DNA of 64,000 bases from the human T2T-CHM13v2.0 reference genome, Homo sapiens (GCF_009914755.1 NC_060928.1); one strand, 5' to 3'. Positions 27,581 through 41,322 are shown, numbered from the stretch's first letter. Made by a program: numbers and translations. Notes: generated by a model from the sequence alone, not told the origin.

Positions 27581-29649
27581 GCTGTACATTCTTACCTGAG
27601 GTCTAATTATTCATAAAGCCTAAGAAATTTAAAGTTGTTGGCACCATACCAAACACTAAACAAAAGATTTCGTAGGAAAATTTTAAAAACAGATAAACTT
27701 ACAAAACATTTAAAAATTTTTTCTAGGTAAGATAATGAAAGGACAGCAGAGGCTCCTGGGTGTTCATGCAAAAAGGTCTCATTTGTGACTCTACCTTTGA
27801 CATTGTCTCATTCCTCTTTATATGAAGTTTATATGCGAGTGCAACATAGTCCATAAGTCCTTGAATTCTGTTTGGATAAGCAAAAGCACCATTATTTCAA
27901 CCTTGTAGTACCGAAAGCAAACTATATAAATAGCAAAAGAGAACCAAGATTGTTTTTTCCTAAAAATAATGAATAAGATAAGCTATGTCTAATCTAGTGA
28001 AGTGAAAGAAAAATGTGATCACCTAAATGTATTGGAAAAGAAAGTGATTTTACAAACCATTACTAGCTATAAGAATTTAAGTGATTTTAGATTTTATTTT
28101 CTTTAAATATATGCATAATTGTGTAAATCTTACAATGCTGTTTGTTAAAGTGGCAATATTCAGGGTAGATTTATGTTTTTATTTGTTTAGATGTCATCCT
28201 AAATTAGCTTTAAACCTTTATTATAAGCCTTTAACATAAAGCCCAAAGGAAAGCAGTTGAATCAGAGATTGATTTTAAAACTTGAATTAGTGTGGAGAGT
28301 CTTGTAAAACAGGTACAGAAACACCAACATTAAGTAGGCCTCCAGACAATTAAACTAAATAACTCTTTTAGACTCAAGCTAATCTAGTCACTCATATAAA
28401 TTTACTTTAACTATTCACAAAAGTTAAATTACTGGGGGAAAGACAGATTCCTTTTCAATGGATAAATAGCAAATAATTCAGCATCAGCTTACTACAAAGA
28501 AAACAAAACTGAACAATTGGTTAGTAAGCCGAAATTACTTATTACAAAATTAGTAGGCAGATTTTTTACAATGTTGATTTAATCGTTTGTATTATTTCCT
28601 TAAGGAGAAAACAAATGAGTCTTTAAACATGCAATGAGATTTATGTAATGTTTTATATAATTGACAATCTGAAAATAAATTAAGATATATATGTGGGGAT
28701 AAATAGTTGGAATGTTGTTTTAGTGGCTGTTGAAATCAAACAAAAAATCTAAGAATCTAGAATTTTTGAAAATAGTAAGAATCTAGAGAATTTGTTTTGA
28801 AAAGTATGAAATTCATTCTATAATTATGTCAGAATAAATATCGATTGAATAGTAATCAGAATTTATTCTATGAATGGCTTTGCTCATACATTCAGCTAGA
28901 CAAAAAGGTGAGAATTTTAATTTTTCTCTCACTCAATCTTAACACATTAATTTATAAGTAGTGTTTTATCAAAATAGTTTTTAAAAAATGATTATCATGA
29001 TTCAATTTTTCAAAATGATAAAGCAGTAGATTTTCAGTTTTTATTTTAGCTTTTAAACTTGTTCTTTTTAAATTTTTATGATAAAAATGTGAAGCAGAAC
29101 TAATTAGTTAGATATAATAGTATTTTAAAACTAAAATTAAAAAGTTTTTAAAAATGCCCTGAATTTGTTGTATTTTAAAAGACAAACTTTTTAAAAATTG
29201 TCATTTTTTTGAAATTTGAAAATAATCACACAAATTAAGAGACATGTAATTTAGTGAAGTTTAAAAAGGTAAAATTAATTTTAAAGTTGAATCTAAAATC
29301 ATGCATTTTAATTTATTACATATTAAAATATAATGTTTAAGAAAAGTAACAGCTGAAAAATCCTAATTTGAAGAATTGTTTAGTGTATTTAAATTTAATG
29401 AAAATGAAAATGGCAGAATGAAAGGCAAAGTCATGATGAAGGAGATTAATAAAGGTTATATTCAGGTGGCAGCAATAATAATGATGTACATTATTTTAGG
29501 AGCTTATATATTTATCTCCTGATTTATTTTGTGTTCACTGTACTTCTGTAATTTATTTTTTAAATATAAGAATATTCATTTTTAATGTTTATTAACTATA
29601 TGATAAATACTTTCATGCTGCTCTTTTCTCGTAGAACATGAGTGACCCA

Positions 29650-30775
29650 TGCCCTGGTGTCTCGGGCTATCAGGTTCTTCTTTCTGTTCTACACATGCCT
29701 CTTTTCAGCTTTCATCTACATCCTAATGAGAAGTTTACTAAAACTAACTGACAGAGAGGGAAAGAAGTTGAGCCTGAGTCTCAAATGGCTCAGCACCTTA
29801 TACTGGCACTAGCTGAAAATTAGTTGTTGCCACATTGCAGTCTCACTTAACAGAGGTCTTAAAGAAGCGTTATGAAAAACTGTCCCAGTTGCCAGGGTTT
29901 TGTACGGTACATTTGGTCATTCAGTTTTTAAAGAAAGGATGAATGACCTGAAGTATGTGGATTTCAGAATAGTGCCAAGTGGTTTGAGTAAGTCATTTCC
30001 TGGAAAGAGTAACACTAAAAAATTCCCAAGTAGGATGTCTAGAAAAATAATGCACAGATCGACATATCCACATAGTATTCTGGGTTTGTACCCAGGATGT
30101 GTGAATTTTTGTATCACATGTTAATGCTCAACTGAGATCTTCAAAAGCAAGTTAGCTCTCAAAAACCTTACAGGGTGACTTGCCTTGTGTATTTTACCTC
30201 TGCCCTCTGCCACCCCGGTGTTTACACAATGAGCTGATGGATAGCTTGGGTAGCAGGGATAGGGGATAAGTATGGACTGAGAAGCAGGAGCTCTCTTTCA
30301 CCAAGACTTATCTATTTACATTCACTGCAGAATACACAACCTGCCCAGAATAGAGACTAATATTGAGTCCTTAATATTGTGTCAGGCATCAAAGTGACAC
30401 ATTCAGAGAGCTGCTTGCGGTATATTATATCAGACAACTTTCCCCTAAGAGTAGTGATTCATCCTAACCAAATTCATACTTTCTTCCCTGCTTACAAAGC
30501 CTTTGCCATACAAGGGCTCAGGAATGCTTAATCTAATCCCCAAATAACCCATACAATGTTGTTTCTGGCCAAAAGATGCATTTTACAGTGGAGCTGATAA
30601 GACAATATGTGCATGACAATGGAATCCAGTCTTCTTACCGTATACCTGTGCATCCAACAGAATAGTATGAAAGAATCATCTGCTAAACACACACTTAAAG
30701 TGCCAGCTTAGCAACAGCATTTTATGTGTCTGGGTGCTGTATGCTAGGCTATAGTAAATCCACTTAAGCAGGTGC
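29650..30775 (+). mobile_element. Decayed ERVL-type pol segment (RNase H to integrase)
   Basis: AATGGAATCCAGTCTTCTTACCGTATACCTGTGCATCCA (about 30618-30656; NGIQSSYRIPVHP) resembles the ERV-L integrase motif HGIHWSYHVPHHP. Upstream sequence resembles a degenerate RNase H. Confidence 0.65.
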
Positions 30776-30779
30776 TGCC

Positions 30780-31160
30780 GAGATTCTGAGGATTCCTTTT
30801 TAAGCCTTAAGACTCCAGTGAACTCCAACAGGAATTCTGTCAGTATCTGCATCTTGTTGCCTGAAGGCTTTCTACAAAGCTATGTGAAAGGCAGGCTTAT
30901 AATGCCTGTGAATTAACACTTAACCCCTACAAGCATCCTCAGTCACTGATAGAGGAGAATTTGGTAGATTAACATCACGATATACTTGCCTATATTTCCA
31001 AGTGTTTTTCTGTTGGGATTAAGTTCAATTAATGGCTTGATAATACATCCTTTGGTGTCTGCCTTCTTTTCCCTGATCAGTTCATCACTTCTCTACCAAT
31101 ATTTCCTTCATTTCTTAAATAATGTATTTCTACTTGAGACTTTTCTCAAGCTAAGACCTG
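30780..31160 (+). mobile_element. LTR16-like ERVL LTR fragment
   Basis: GCTTGATAATACATCCTTT...CTTCTTTTCCCTG...AAATAA...CTAAGAC resembles an LTR16-class 3' end. Confidence 0.5.
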
Positions 31161-31169
31161 TGCAAAATC

Positions 31170-32327
31170 TATGCCTGATATGTGGAAACCAAGTAGGGGA
31201 TTATTCTGGGTAGAAATCTTGGCTCCTAGAAGATAACTCTTCTGGCAAGAGAAACATGCAGACGCTCAATGATCACATTAGCTCCTCCTTCCAGGGGATC
31301 AATAAGTAAAAGAAGAAGGAAATATTCTGGTGGAATAATCAACCCTGAAGAGATAAGTCTTATGCTTCACAATGAAGACCAGGGGAAATATGAACGGATC
31401 TCAGAGTATGTGTTAAGACATTTCTTTTTGGTTTAATGCCAGTGATAAGGGCAAGTGGGCAAATGGCAGCACCCACAATCTAACAAGGACAAGTCAATTA
31501 AAGACTCAGATCCTTAGGGTATATAGGTTTGAGACACTCTAATAAGTTTCTCATAACAAAACAAAACAACAACAATAACAAAACAGAAAAACTACAACAC
31601 AAAAAACAAACCTAAATCAAAACTGCACTGTGCTGGGTTTAGGTTTCAGGGACATCTAAAATGTGTAGCGAAGGAAGAAGACGATGAATCTGATTCACCC
31701 TCTTCAACAAGGAAAGACATTAATTGTTTACAAACACTCTGACCTAAATCATTTTGAGGAATTGAAATATACCCTTATGACTGGTTAGACTTATAAAAGC
31801 TTTCTCAAGAAAAAGGAGGCCATCTTGATTACATATAGATGGAGATCTGTAATTTAACACAAAATGAAGGACATAACCAATATGAAATGTGTTAGCACCC
31901 TACTCATGTGCATGCTCTGCAACACTGACCTCCCATCTTGTACTTTCTTTTTGATGTCAAGTCATGAGATGCTATGGGACCCACCTATTTACTATACATG
32001 CACAATTTAGAAATATAGATGAGTCAATTGACTACAAGAAAAAACTTTGACAAAGGGGAGATGTCAATTGGGAGAAAAATTCTTCCTCTAAGATAATCTG
32101 TACTGAAATGCAGGACATATGTGTTCTCAGAAGATGGTGAAATCGAATAGTCAGCATCAACTGATATAAAATAGTGACGAGCTTGTAACATGCCCTCTTA
32201 TTGCTCTTCGTCCTTCCTACCTGCCTTCCTTTCCCCTCATTCTTTCTTCCCTGGGATTGCATGGCTTAACAAGGAAGTTAACCTTAAATATTTGCCTCCA
32301 ACTATTTTATTTGGAATGTTGACCAAG
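31170..32327 (+). mobile_element. Continuation of ERVL-type internal 3' region plus a decayed LTR
   Basis: AAGACTCAGATCCTTAGGGTATATAGGTTTG resembles the ERV-L integrase C-terminal region; LTR-like end ...GACCAAGACA near 32330. Confidence 0.4.
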
Positions 32328-32984
32328 ACAAAAAGCACCTCATCCACTAATATGTTTGTAATCTTTCAGTGGACAGTGAGTGATTCAATAAATTTAATTA
32401 GATCAATCCATCCATTATTAATAAGAATCCTCCTCATTTCTTTTTCTAAAATGACATAGTTTTATGAGACATAAAGACATAAAGTGAGAAACTTTAAGTA
32501 CTAGTATTATTCTTAAATATTTAATGACATTACATTTGTCTGTGATAGACTAGAGAAGTGAATCATCACTGCCATCTTAAGGAATAGAAAAAGGGGAAAA
32601 AAATAGGAAATGAAGGTACACATCATGTTGAAAAAAGCTGATATTAGTCTTGGTCAATTTTTACTTAGTTATGAGACTCTAATTTATATATTCATACTCA
32701 CCTAAACTTACTTAATAACTTGTGCTACTCTCTGTACTTACATCTATACATGTCTTTTATATATTCTATTTCTTAATTATATAATAAGAAATATGTATCA
32801 ATATAGGAAAGATATGAATTAAAATGTATACCCTACTATTTTAATAGTTTTATCACTTTGGTGGGTTGATAGAGAGTTCAAATTAATTCATTAATCCCTA
32901 AATATTTCATAATGTGCAGGTTATGTTTAAGACTTCTAATTAATACTAATGTAATGCGACTATTATATGGAATCTTTAAAGCTA

Positions 32985-33130
32985 AGGACACGATAAGAAA
33001 TCCTACATACAACTTTCTAGCTATGTAATCATAAGCAAGTTACTTAAAATATGAGGTTCAGATTCTTCATTTGTAGAATAAGAATAATAGCTAGAATATA
33101 AGGTTGTGGTAGTATTAAATGTCATAACAT
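32985..33130 (+). mobile_element. MIR SINE
   Basis: CTAGCTATGTAATCATAAGCAAGTTACTTAA...TTCAGATTCTTCATTTGTAGAATAAGAATAATAG. Confidence 0.75.
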
Positions 33131-34149
33131 ATATAAAACCAGCTATTACAATGCTTGCTATATATAGGATGATCAAGATATGACTTTCTTCAGCTGCTTT
33201 TTCAACAACTGTTTTCTCAGGTGTTACCAACACTTTAACTATCAACTGTCTTTTACTGCCACTACCACTAAATCTTTTTCTAGCAACGTAAAGTTTATTT
33301 CTGAAATGACTTTCTAGTAACACTTTTATACATACAGTTTCTCTTGAAAAATGTTAATATTGCTAATCTTTTCTAATCATAAGTCTGACATCATTAAAAA
33401 TGAGCTTATATCAAAATATGCATTGCTAATTTTTCATACCTTGAATTTTTTAGAACTTCTTGAATGTGTTAGTTAATATGCATAGAATTCCAAATAAGGT
33501 ATAACTTTGTGACTTTAAGATTTTAGTCATTTTTTGTTTTAATTTTTAATGCTAACTACTAATTTAATTTTCTCTCTTTATCTGATGTAATTTTCAAAAT
33601 CTCTTCCATGCATTCATATACAATAAAATAAGGAAAAACTATGATAAAATATTCTAGAGTTTATATACAAGTTCACAAGCAAGAAAGAAAAATCCCTGGA
33701 CAAAGAAATGAAGAGGGAGCTCAAATTTGGAGTACTTAACAGTTATACAATTGAAACAGCATAGGCAGGTATTAAATTCATTTCTAAAGACTGAGACTTT
33801 TACACCAACATCGTTCTAGTTGTGAGGTGAAAATGAACTCTCTGGAAACATTCATGAGTCCCCAGGAGCTGAGGAACTTGGACCTGGAGCAGGCTGACCT
33901 CCCTGGTCCGTGAAGAGAAAGAGTCACTTGGAATAATTTTAAAGTGTAGAATTGTGCTTTTTATGATGAGTGACCTGACTTCACACCACTCAAATTGTGT
34001 GGGAACCTGTAGCGGGAAAATTAGCAAAAATCTCAGATATCCCTGGAATGCAAGTAAATGTGAAATTTCCCCATGGGGAGGCTCCACAAACATGTGTATA
34101 CAGGACTGTCATAGATTAAAAAAATATTTCTTACCATTTGTTCCAGTTT

Positions 34150-35190
34150 AATTTTTAAAACACACAAAAAAGGAAAAATCCATAGACACAACTACACCGC
34201 AAATAATTGTAAATTTGAAAACCAAATGACAGAATGTTATATCTGAGACAAAACTAACTGAAAAAAAAACTAGTTTATTATTTCTGTTAAAAAGTAGGTT
34301 TTATACATAAAATATTATTATAAAAATGAAGGTTATTAGTTAATTAAAAATGAAAAAAATTCTAAGGAAAGTATAACAGTTCTGAATATTTATATACTTA
34401 ATAATACATTATTAATATCCCCAAGTCCATTGACAGAATTACAAAGCAAGTAATACATTTGCAATCTTCGTTGAACTTTTTAATAGAACTTTTATGGAAA
34501 CTGGCATATAAAGGATAGACATTAATACAAGAAATATTTAAGACATACAATTAAAAACTAATGTATTGGTAATTCATTCAGTGTTAGAAATTTGTGTAGT
34601 ATAGACTGATGTTTTTATTCTTGACTCATAAAAAGAAAGCCTTGTGTACGTGTTAATGAAAATACATACAAGTTGTTCATTAAATCATTGTTTAAACTTA
34701 CAAAAAAGAACTCTTAAAGAAATAGTAAAATATAGTGGACTAATATAGTGGAAAGCCTACAAAACATAAAATGAATAAATCAGCTCTATTTTTGCCAACA
34801 TGGCTGATTCTCAAAAACATAACGAGGTAAGTAAGCTTTAAAAAACATACATTTAATTTGATTCCATTTAAAACATACAAAGCTCAATTTAGAAGAGATG
34901 TTGTTCATAGCTGCAGACATGTATAGTATACTCAAAAGCCTGTGTAGAGTAGGAACTCATCAACTTGAGCATATTGTCTCTGGAGAGAAATTTAGGACAA
35001 TGGGATGCAATATGACTTGAAGCATATCGTGGTAGTATTTATGATTTTTTAAAAATCTTAACAAAGTAGGTCAAATGTTAACATTTATTAATTCTGTATA
35101 CCAAGTGGATATCTGTTTTATTATTCTCCATATGTATCTGTAAGTTTGAAATATTTCAGATTTTCCAAAAGAAAAATATGAAAAGAAAAA
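34150..35190 (+). mobile_element. Old L1M/L1ME fragments (ORF2 endonuclease piece and 3' end)
   Basis: A-rich strand. ATAACAGTTCTGAATATTTATATACTTAATAA resembles the L1 endonuclease 'ITILNIYAPN' region, and CATGGCTGATTCTCAAAAACATAA resembles the L1ME 3' region. Confidence 0.55.
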
Positions 35191-35264
35191 GGGACTTCAA
35201 TGCACATTTGTTACACACCTTTTCCTGCTTTGCTTAATGCATCAACTGTGAATGTAGTTTTGAA

Positions 35265-36530
35265 ACATTCATGTACTCATTTATTGCTTTATTCGATGAG
35301 CACCACCTCTGTTGCCAGGCACTGTACTAAATGCTGGTTTATAGAGCAATAAGTGAATAATGAAGTGGGCCCCTTTCTCCATAAATCTCTTTAAGAGAGA
35401 AAGAAGATAAGTAATTTTAAAAGTCCAGGGAAATGAGATGACTGTTGTAAGGGAAGTATAGTGTGGAATGACAGTGCATAGCAGACAAATGAATCTCCCA
35501 CAGGAGGAGAAATTTTAGCTGGCACTTAAAGAATGAGAGAGATTTAGAAAGAAAATGTTTGGAAGTAAGGTTTATTGGGAGGCAAAGTAAGGATAATTGT
35601 TCCAGCCATGTAGACTACCTAGCACCTTGAAGACCTAAAAGTAGTTTAGCAAGGCTGAAGCGTAATTCACTTTGAGGAGAAAAATGAGATCAGATCAGAT
35701 CAGATCAGCAATTTTAGACAACTTGGAGGGTCTTATAGGAGTGATAGGAATCCACTGTGGAACTCATAAAGGAGGGAGGTATGTAACATTATTAAATTTT
35801 ATTTTTTGAAATAAAATAATGTGGATAACTAACATGGAAGAAGGATCTATTTGAGAAAGGTAGATTGGCTACTGTCCAGGAAAGAGGTGTGATAGTCTGT
35901 ATCCAGAAACAAAGTGAGAAAGGAGAAACTAATCACACAAATACATAACAGATCGAAAGGATAGGACTTCATAATTTATTGATGATGTGGTTATGGAGAG
36001 TGAGGTATCAGTACTGATGTCTACAAGTATGGATTAGGAATGTGGGTGGTTAGTGGTGCCTCATATCAAGATAAGGAACACTACAAAGGAACAGTTTGGT
36101 GAGAGTAATGTTCAGTAATAGATATTCTGAATTTTAGTTGCATATGAATTGTTGAGATGAAGTTATCTGATAGGAAGTCATAAAGATGAGTCTAGCACTG
36201 AGGAGATAATCCTGGAGGGCTTGTCTATTAGATTATGAGAATCTTCGCTTTGATGATAATGGTATAGATTGGTAACAGGTGAGGACATAGTCATTAATAC
36301 TGACTAATACCAATACTTAAGAAGTTCAGGCAAAGTCGGCTTTCATGAAATCCCTAGTAAGAAAGCCACACTGCATGGGATTAATGAAAGTAGAAGATAT
36401 AGAAGAGTAGGCTACAGTTCTGTTAGAAACTTATGATAATATGGAGAAAATCAGGGTAGTAATTGGAGTGTGCATGAAAGAAAATAAGTTTTAGTGACTT
36501 GTATAGGTTTAAATGCAGATGCAATAAAAA
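35265..36530 (-). mobile_element. L2 LINE
   Basis: CATTCATGTACTCATTTATTG...GCCAGGCACTGTACTAAATGCTGG is the antisense L2 3' end, followed by a purine-rich L2-like body; contains (GATCA)4 at about 35688-35707. Confidence 0.75.
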
Positions 36531-36929
36531 TTCACTCATGGTTCTTTCCTTTCTCTCAAATACTTGCCAAAGAATCTCTGCAAGGACTAAGTCCTCTGTA
36601 CAGAGTGTTCTTCCAACAGTTGCATCTGTGGCAGAGGCTTTGTCTAATTCAATCTTAGTTGAAACACTACCACTTCAGAGAGTCTTTTCCTAGATTTCAA
36701 ACTTAGTGTCCTTTCCTCTCCCACTGAAACTATGCTCTCATTCTTCCTATCTTATTGCATCATCATATTTAATTTTAATCAAGTTTATCACTACCTTTAA
36801 CCTTGTTTAGTTATTAGATTGTTTACTTTCTTCAAATTAGAAGTAAATTGGTAGTAGTAGTAAATTAAATGAATTACTTTTCAAACACCATTTAATCTTT
36901 GCCTTCCTGGAAAAAATACAAACTTATAT

Positions 36930-37870
36930 AATTAAAATACACTTATAGATATTGCTTAATTCTGTTTGTTAATATTTTTATAATGATACAAGTATAGATT
37001 ATTGAGAAAGATTTCTCTCCAATTTCATCTATAAGTTCTTGTCAGGTTTTAATTGAAAGATTTATGGGGATTTTATAAAAAGTTGGAAAACACTTTTATA
37101 TTCTCTGGAACAATTTGAGTAGGAATAATAATATTTATTCCTTAAATGTTTGGAAGTTATCATTGGTCAAACCATTCTGTGTTTTCTTTGTAGAATAGTC
37201 TTAAGGATGTAACCAATGCTTTTAATACACACAGGACAAATCATATTTTCCAATTCTTCTTGTGTCAGTTTTGGTGAACTAGGTATATCTAAAAAGTTGT
37301 CCTTAATACAAATTTTAAATTTTATTCTTGCAAGATTCTTCTAAATAAGAGGTTTGTTATCTTTTTGATGACTGTGTTGTAGGGCATCTTTCTGATATTG
37401 ATTTGCTTTTGATACTGATTGCTCTACCTTCTCCCTAGTGTTTTTTTCTCAGTATTTCCAGATGTTTTCAAATGTATTAGATTTCTCAAATACCAAACTT
37501 GCCTAGTACTGTTTTCCTTTATCACTTATTTCTATTCTTATATTTCATTATCCCTGAGTTTAATTTGCTGAAGTTTTAAATTTCTATAGAAATTGCTTGA
37601 TTTGTTCACTTTTTGCCCTCTTTTATACTATTTGCAGTTAAGGGTATATATTTCACTTTGCATTCCACGTGTTTGGCAATGTCATATTTTCATTACCATT
37701 TGATTAAAAATATTTTCAAATTTCCATTAAAAATTTATGAATTAACAAAATAAGCAACATTTAATCTTCAAGTATTTGGAGATTTTTGGTTATTTTTGTT
37801 ATTGAATTTTAGCTTAATTCTTTATGTAGTCAGAGAACATATTTTGTATTATTTTCATCATTTAATGTTT
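36930..37870 (-). mobile_element. Old L1M ORF2 fragment
   Basis: TTGTCAGGTTTTAATTG...TTCCTTAAATGTTTGGAAG...TAGTCAGAGAACATATTTTGTAT are antisense L1M ORF2 motifs. Confidence 0.7.
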
Positions 37871-38579
37871 GTTTTTAATGGTAACAATTTGCCCTACCCC
37901 CTTGAATAAAAGAATGCTGCAAAATGTGTTATTTAATAGAATTGATTTTCCCCCTAGAGCACAAAATATTGAAGTATGAACAAAGTAACAAGATCTGTTT
38001 TATACATGCAATTAAATTACACTATCAGTCCAGGGAGTGGTAGAATAGGTATAATAAAACAACTAGATGTGCAGAAAAATACAACAAAGAACTCTGACTC
38101 TCTACATAATTGTTTCTTCTAGGTGACTGCTGTGAGAATGACTGTTCCTGGAAGCATTAAGTCCCAAATGTACTCATCTCCTTGCTTGCATTATGTCCAG
38201 CCCCAGGGCTAATTTCAACAAGACCTGCACATTATTTGGTGTTATTTCCAGTCTTCTTTCTATTTGTTTTTCTTGTCTATTCAAAGAAGAATTTGCACAG
38301 CCTGAATTAGTGAAGAGAATGAAGGTGGAGAGGCAAATATCCAATATTAGATAACTCACTCACAGGCCGATTGGATTAAACATCCTTGACATTGGACTTA
38401 ATAAAAAGAAAACAGGGATCTGCACTTAAATGCAGGAATGAACATGTAAGTGAAGCCATAAAATATTCATCTTTTGTAATTGGTCCCACTGAAAAAAATA
38501 TGCTTAAGTTCCTAGTGTTTTTGCCATGATACATATAGCTGGTGACAGATACAATAAAGTGACTGTGATCCTTCACTTC

Positions 38580-38705
38580 ATTTTTTAACTTTTTTAGGAG
38601 TACATTTGCAGGATTCTTATATAGGTAAACTAGGTGTCCCAGGTGTATAGTGTACAGATTATTTAGTCACCTGAGTAATAAGCATAGTAACCAATAGGTG
38701 TTTTT
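38580..38705 (-). mobile_element. L1PA15/16-like 3' end fragment
   Basis: GTACATTTGCAGGATTCTTATATAGGTAAAC...GTACAGATTATTTAGTCACC...TAAGCATAGTAACCAATAGG. Confidence 0.8.
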
Positions 38706-38749
38706 GTTTTTTTGTTTTTTTTTTGACCCTCTATATTTTTAAAGTAGGA

Positions 38750-38943
38750 AGCTCGTGAGCTGAGCTTGTAGGGAAGCTCATAGCCAATGGCTGAGCATGA
38801 TGCTGATAATGGAGCCTAGTGATTTCTACAAACTTGAGATTCCTCCTTTGGGCAATCTTTATTCTGGACAATTGGTTCAAGTGAAGCTTCATCAGAGCCA
38901 CATTGCAGTCTGTGTCACTCTCTGCTCAACTCTCTTCTTCCAC
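38750..38943 (+). mobile_element. LTR16-like LTR fragment, apparently resuming at about 39570-39612
   Basis: CACATTGCAGTCTGTGTCACTCTCTGCTCAACTCTCTTCTTCC...; after the MLT1 pair, CTCTCCAAATTAACCATTTGCACTCCT resembles an LTR poly-A region. Confidence 0.45.
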
Positions 38944-39285
38944 ATTATGGACCGAATTATCTCCTCGCAAGTTTATATGTTAAAGTCTTATTCCTCAGTA
39001 CTTCAGAAAGTAACTGTGTTTGGAGATGGGGTCTTTAAAAAGGTAATTCAGTTCAAATAAGGCCTTTAGGGTAGAGCCTAATCCAGTATGACTGGTGTCC
39101 TCATAGGAAAAGGAAGAGACACCAGGATACATTCTCTGTGAGAAAAGACCATGTGAGGACATAATGAATAAGTGGCCATCTGCAAGCTGAGGAGAGAGGT
39201 CTCAGGGAAAACTAACCTTGTCAGCACCCTGATAGAGGATTTCTAGCCTCCATAACTGTGAGAAAATAAATTTCTGTCATTTAGG
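38944..39285 (+). mobile_element. MLT1B-like MaLR LTR, 3'-truncated
   Basis: TTTGGAGATGGGGTCTTTAAA...CCCTAATCCAGTATGACTGGTGTCCTCATAG...CTAGCCTCCATAACTGTGAGAAAATAAATTTCTG. Confidence 0.88.
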
Positions 39286-39568
39286 CAGAACTTTGCTTTT
39301 TTTTATTTTTCCCGCATCTGCAAGTGTCTGCCTGCATTCCTTTGCTTAGGGCCTCTTGCTCCAACTTCAAAGCTAGCAGCACAGCATCTTAAAGTTTCCC
39401 CTTAACTCTAATTCTCCTACCTCTCCAATTCACATATAAGGAGTTCAAGACACTTAGGGAGCATTTCTGCAAAGTCCCTTTTGCCAGATAAATTAGCATA
39501 TTAAAAGATTCCAAAGATTAGGATTAGCACATGGACACCTTTGGAAGAGTGTAATTCTGTTTACCACA
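39286..39568 (-). mobile_element. MLT1C/D-like MaLR LTR fragment
   Basis: CTGCCTGCATTCCTTTGCTT...CTTCAAAGCTAGCA...TCTGCAAAGTCCCTTTTGCCA...ATTCTGTTTACCACA. Confidence 0.8.
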
Positions 39569-39668
39569 TAGACGTTACCTCTCCAAATTAACCATTTGCA
39601 CTCCTATCTGCAATAGGACCTTCACATCTTAAAAAATCATCTCTTATTAAGTGAAAAAATATTTGTTC

Positions 39669-39762
39669 TATAGAATAATATATAAATATATATTTATATA
39701 TTATTCTATATATAATAATATATAGAATAGAATAATATATAATAGAATAATATATAAATATA
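39669..39762. repeat. AT-rich tract containing a perfect 42-bp palindrome and repeats of TAGAATAATATATAA
   Basis: 39669-39710 TATAGAATAATATATAAATATATATTTATATATTATTCTATA equals its own reverse complement. Confidence 0.92.
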
Positions 39763-41322
39763 CTTTCTCTAGGTAAAGTATTCTGAAAATAATAGGAACT
39801 CTTGAAGTGGGCACTTATGCAGCTTTAAACATTTACATAGTCAATAATATCATTGGAGTTTCTATGATAGATAATAAATATCTGTAAATATTATGTGCAA
39901 ATTACATATTAAAATCAACTTTCTTAAGAAATAGTTTATTAATTAAACATGTACTTTCCTTATTTTCAAACTTATAGCAGCCCAAAGGGTTTACTGCAAA
40001 ATAAAATAGTATTGTTAAACAATAAAATAAATGAAAAATCTTGATTTATCTAGAGAACAAATGATTTTTAAACATTACTGTCACATGAGGTCTAGACTTT
40101 CTGCTCTTTCTTTGCTTCTGTTTCCTGCACATATTTTATATTCACCCTAACTTGTTATTTCTCACATTCTCTCTGATCTTTTTGCCTAAATTACCCAGAG
40201 GGTTTGGACATCTCATAAGGCACAGGGCAGGCCACAGAAAAATGGCTGCTAGTTCAAGACACAGGCAGGGCAACAACATTAAATATTCCTACCATGATAT
40301 CCATCTAGAAGGAGTTCATTCTCCCTAGCAGCTTATAAATACAAGCACACTTTATTTGATTAGTAAGTACTTTAAATTCTATTAGTTATATCATATCTAG
40401 AAAACAAAGAATTAGCACTGATTTTTTTTTTTTTTTCTGAAATTAACTTCGTGTTAGGGTGAGAAACTGGTTCACTACAAATACCTCTCAGGTATTACCA
40501 GTCACAATCATGGGACAATTGGAAGTCTACTAAATTTATAGTGCCTTATTTTATTTTTTATTTTAATAAAATCTTGTTAAAGAATAAAAATCTAGAACAC
40601 ATTTAGAACTGGACAGGAGGCTAGGTCAAGATAAACCTAGCCTACCTGCCTAAATACCCTTCTTATGCTCCGAAGTCTTCTCTTGGTTGATGCAGATCTC
40701 CTGTAATTTTCATAGACTACACTCACCCACCACAGTATAAAACCTGTTCCTGCAGTTCTGCCGAGATTCCATTTCTTTATAAATAACTGATGTGTCACAG
40801 GATCAAGAGACAATAAGTTGGCCATCTATGCCTTATTTAAATTAGTACCTCCTTTAAATATGTAAAAGTCTTTCATGCTTCTAGCCTACAAATGATTTTT
40901 CTTCTGGTGATCAGTTCTATCTTACAAGTGTATCTGTGGTAGAGGGGAGAGATGTACAGGCATATTCCTCTTGTTCTTTTACAGTCATTTTTACAGTCAT
41001 ATGTTATTTTAAATGGAAAATTATTAATTTCTACCCAACTTGGCGTTACTTTAATGAATTTATCATTGTGTATATCAATGGCTTAAGAAAGTATGGCTTA
41101 ATCATATGCAACTTTTCCTGTGAAAATATGTCCAAGCTCTCTTTTACAAAATAATGTGCAATAATTTTACCTATTATGCAAATATCTGGCTGCCGTTTTA
41201 TTTATCGTTGAACAGAAGTAATTCAGATTGCTTCTGTGGATATATCCAGGACATTCAAATAGTACCTTGCCATGAGCGCTTTCTTTGTATCTTTGGGTGT
41301 TATATAATAGTATCAAGTTTTG

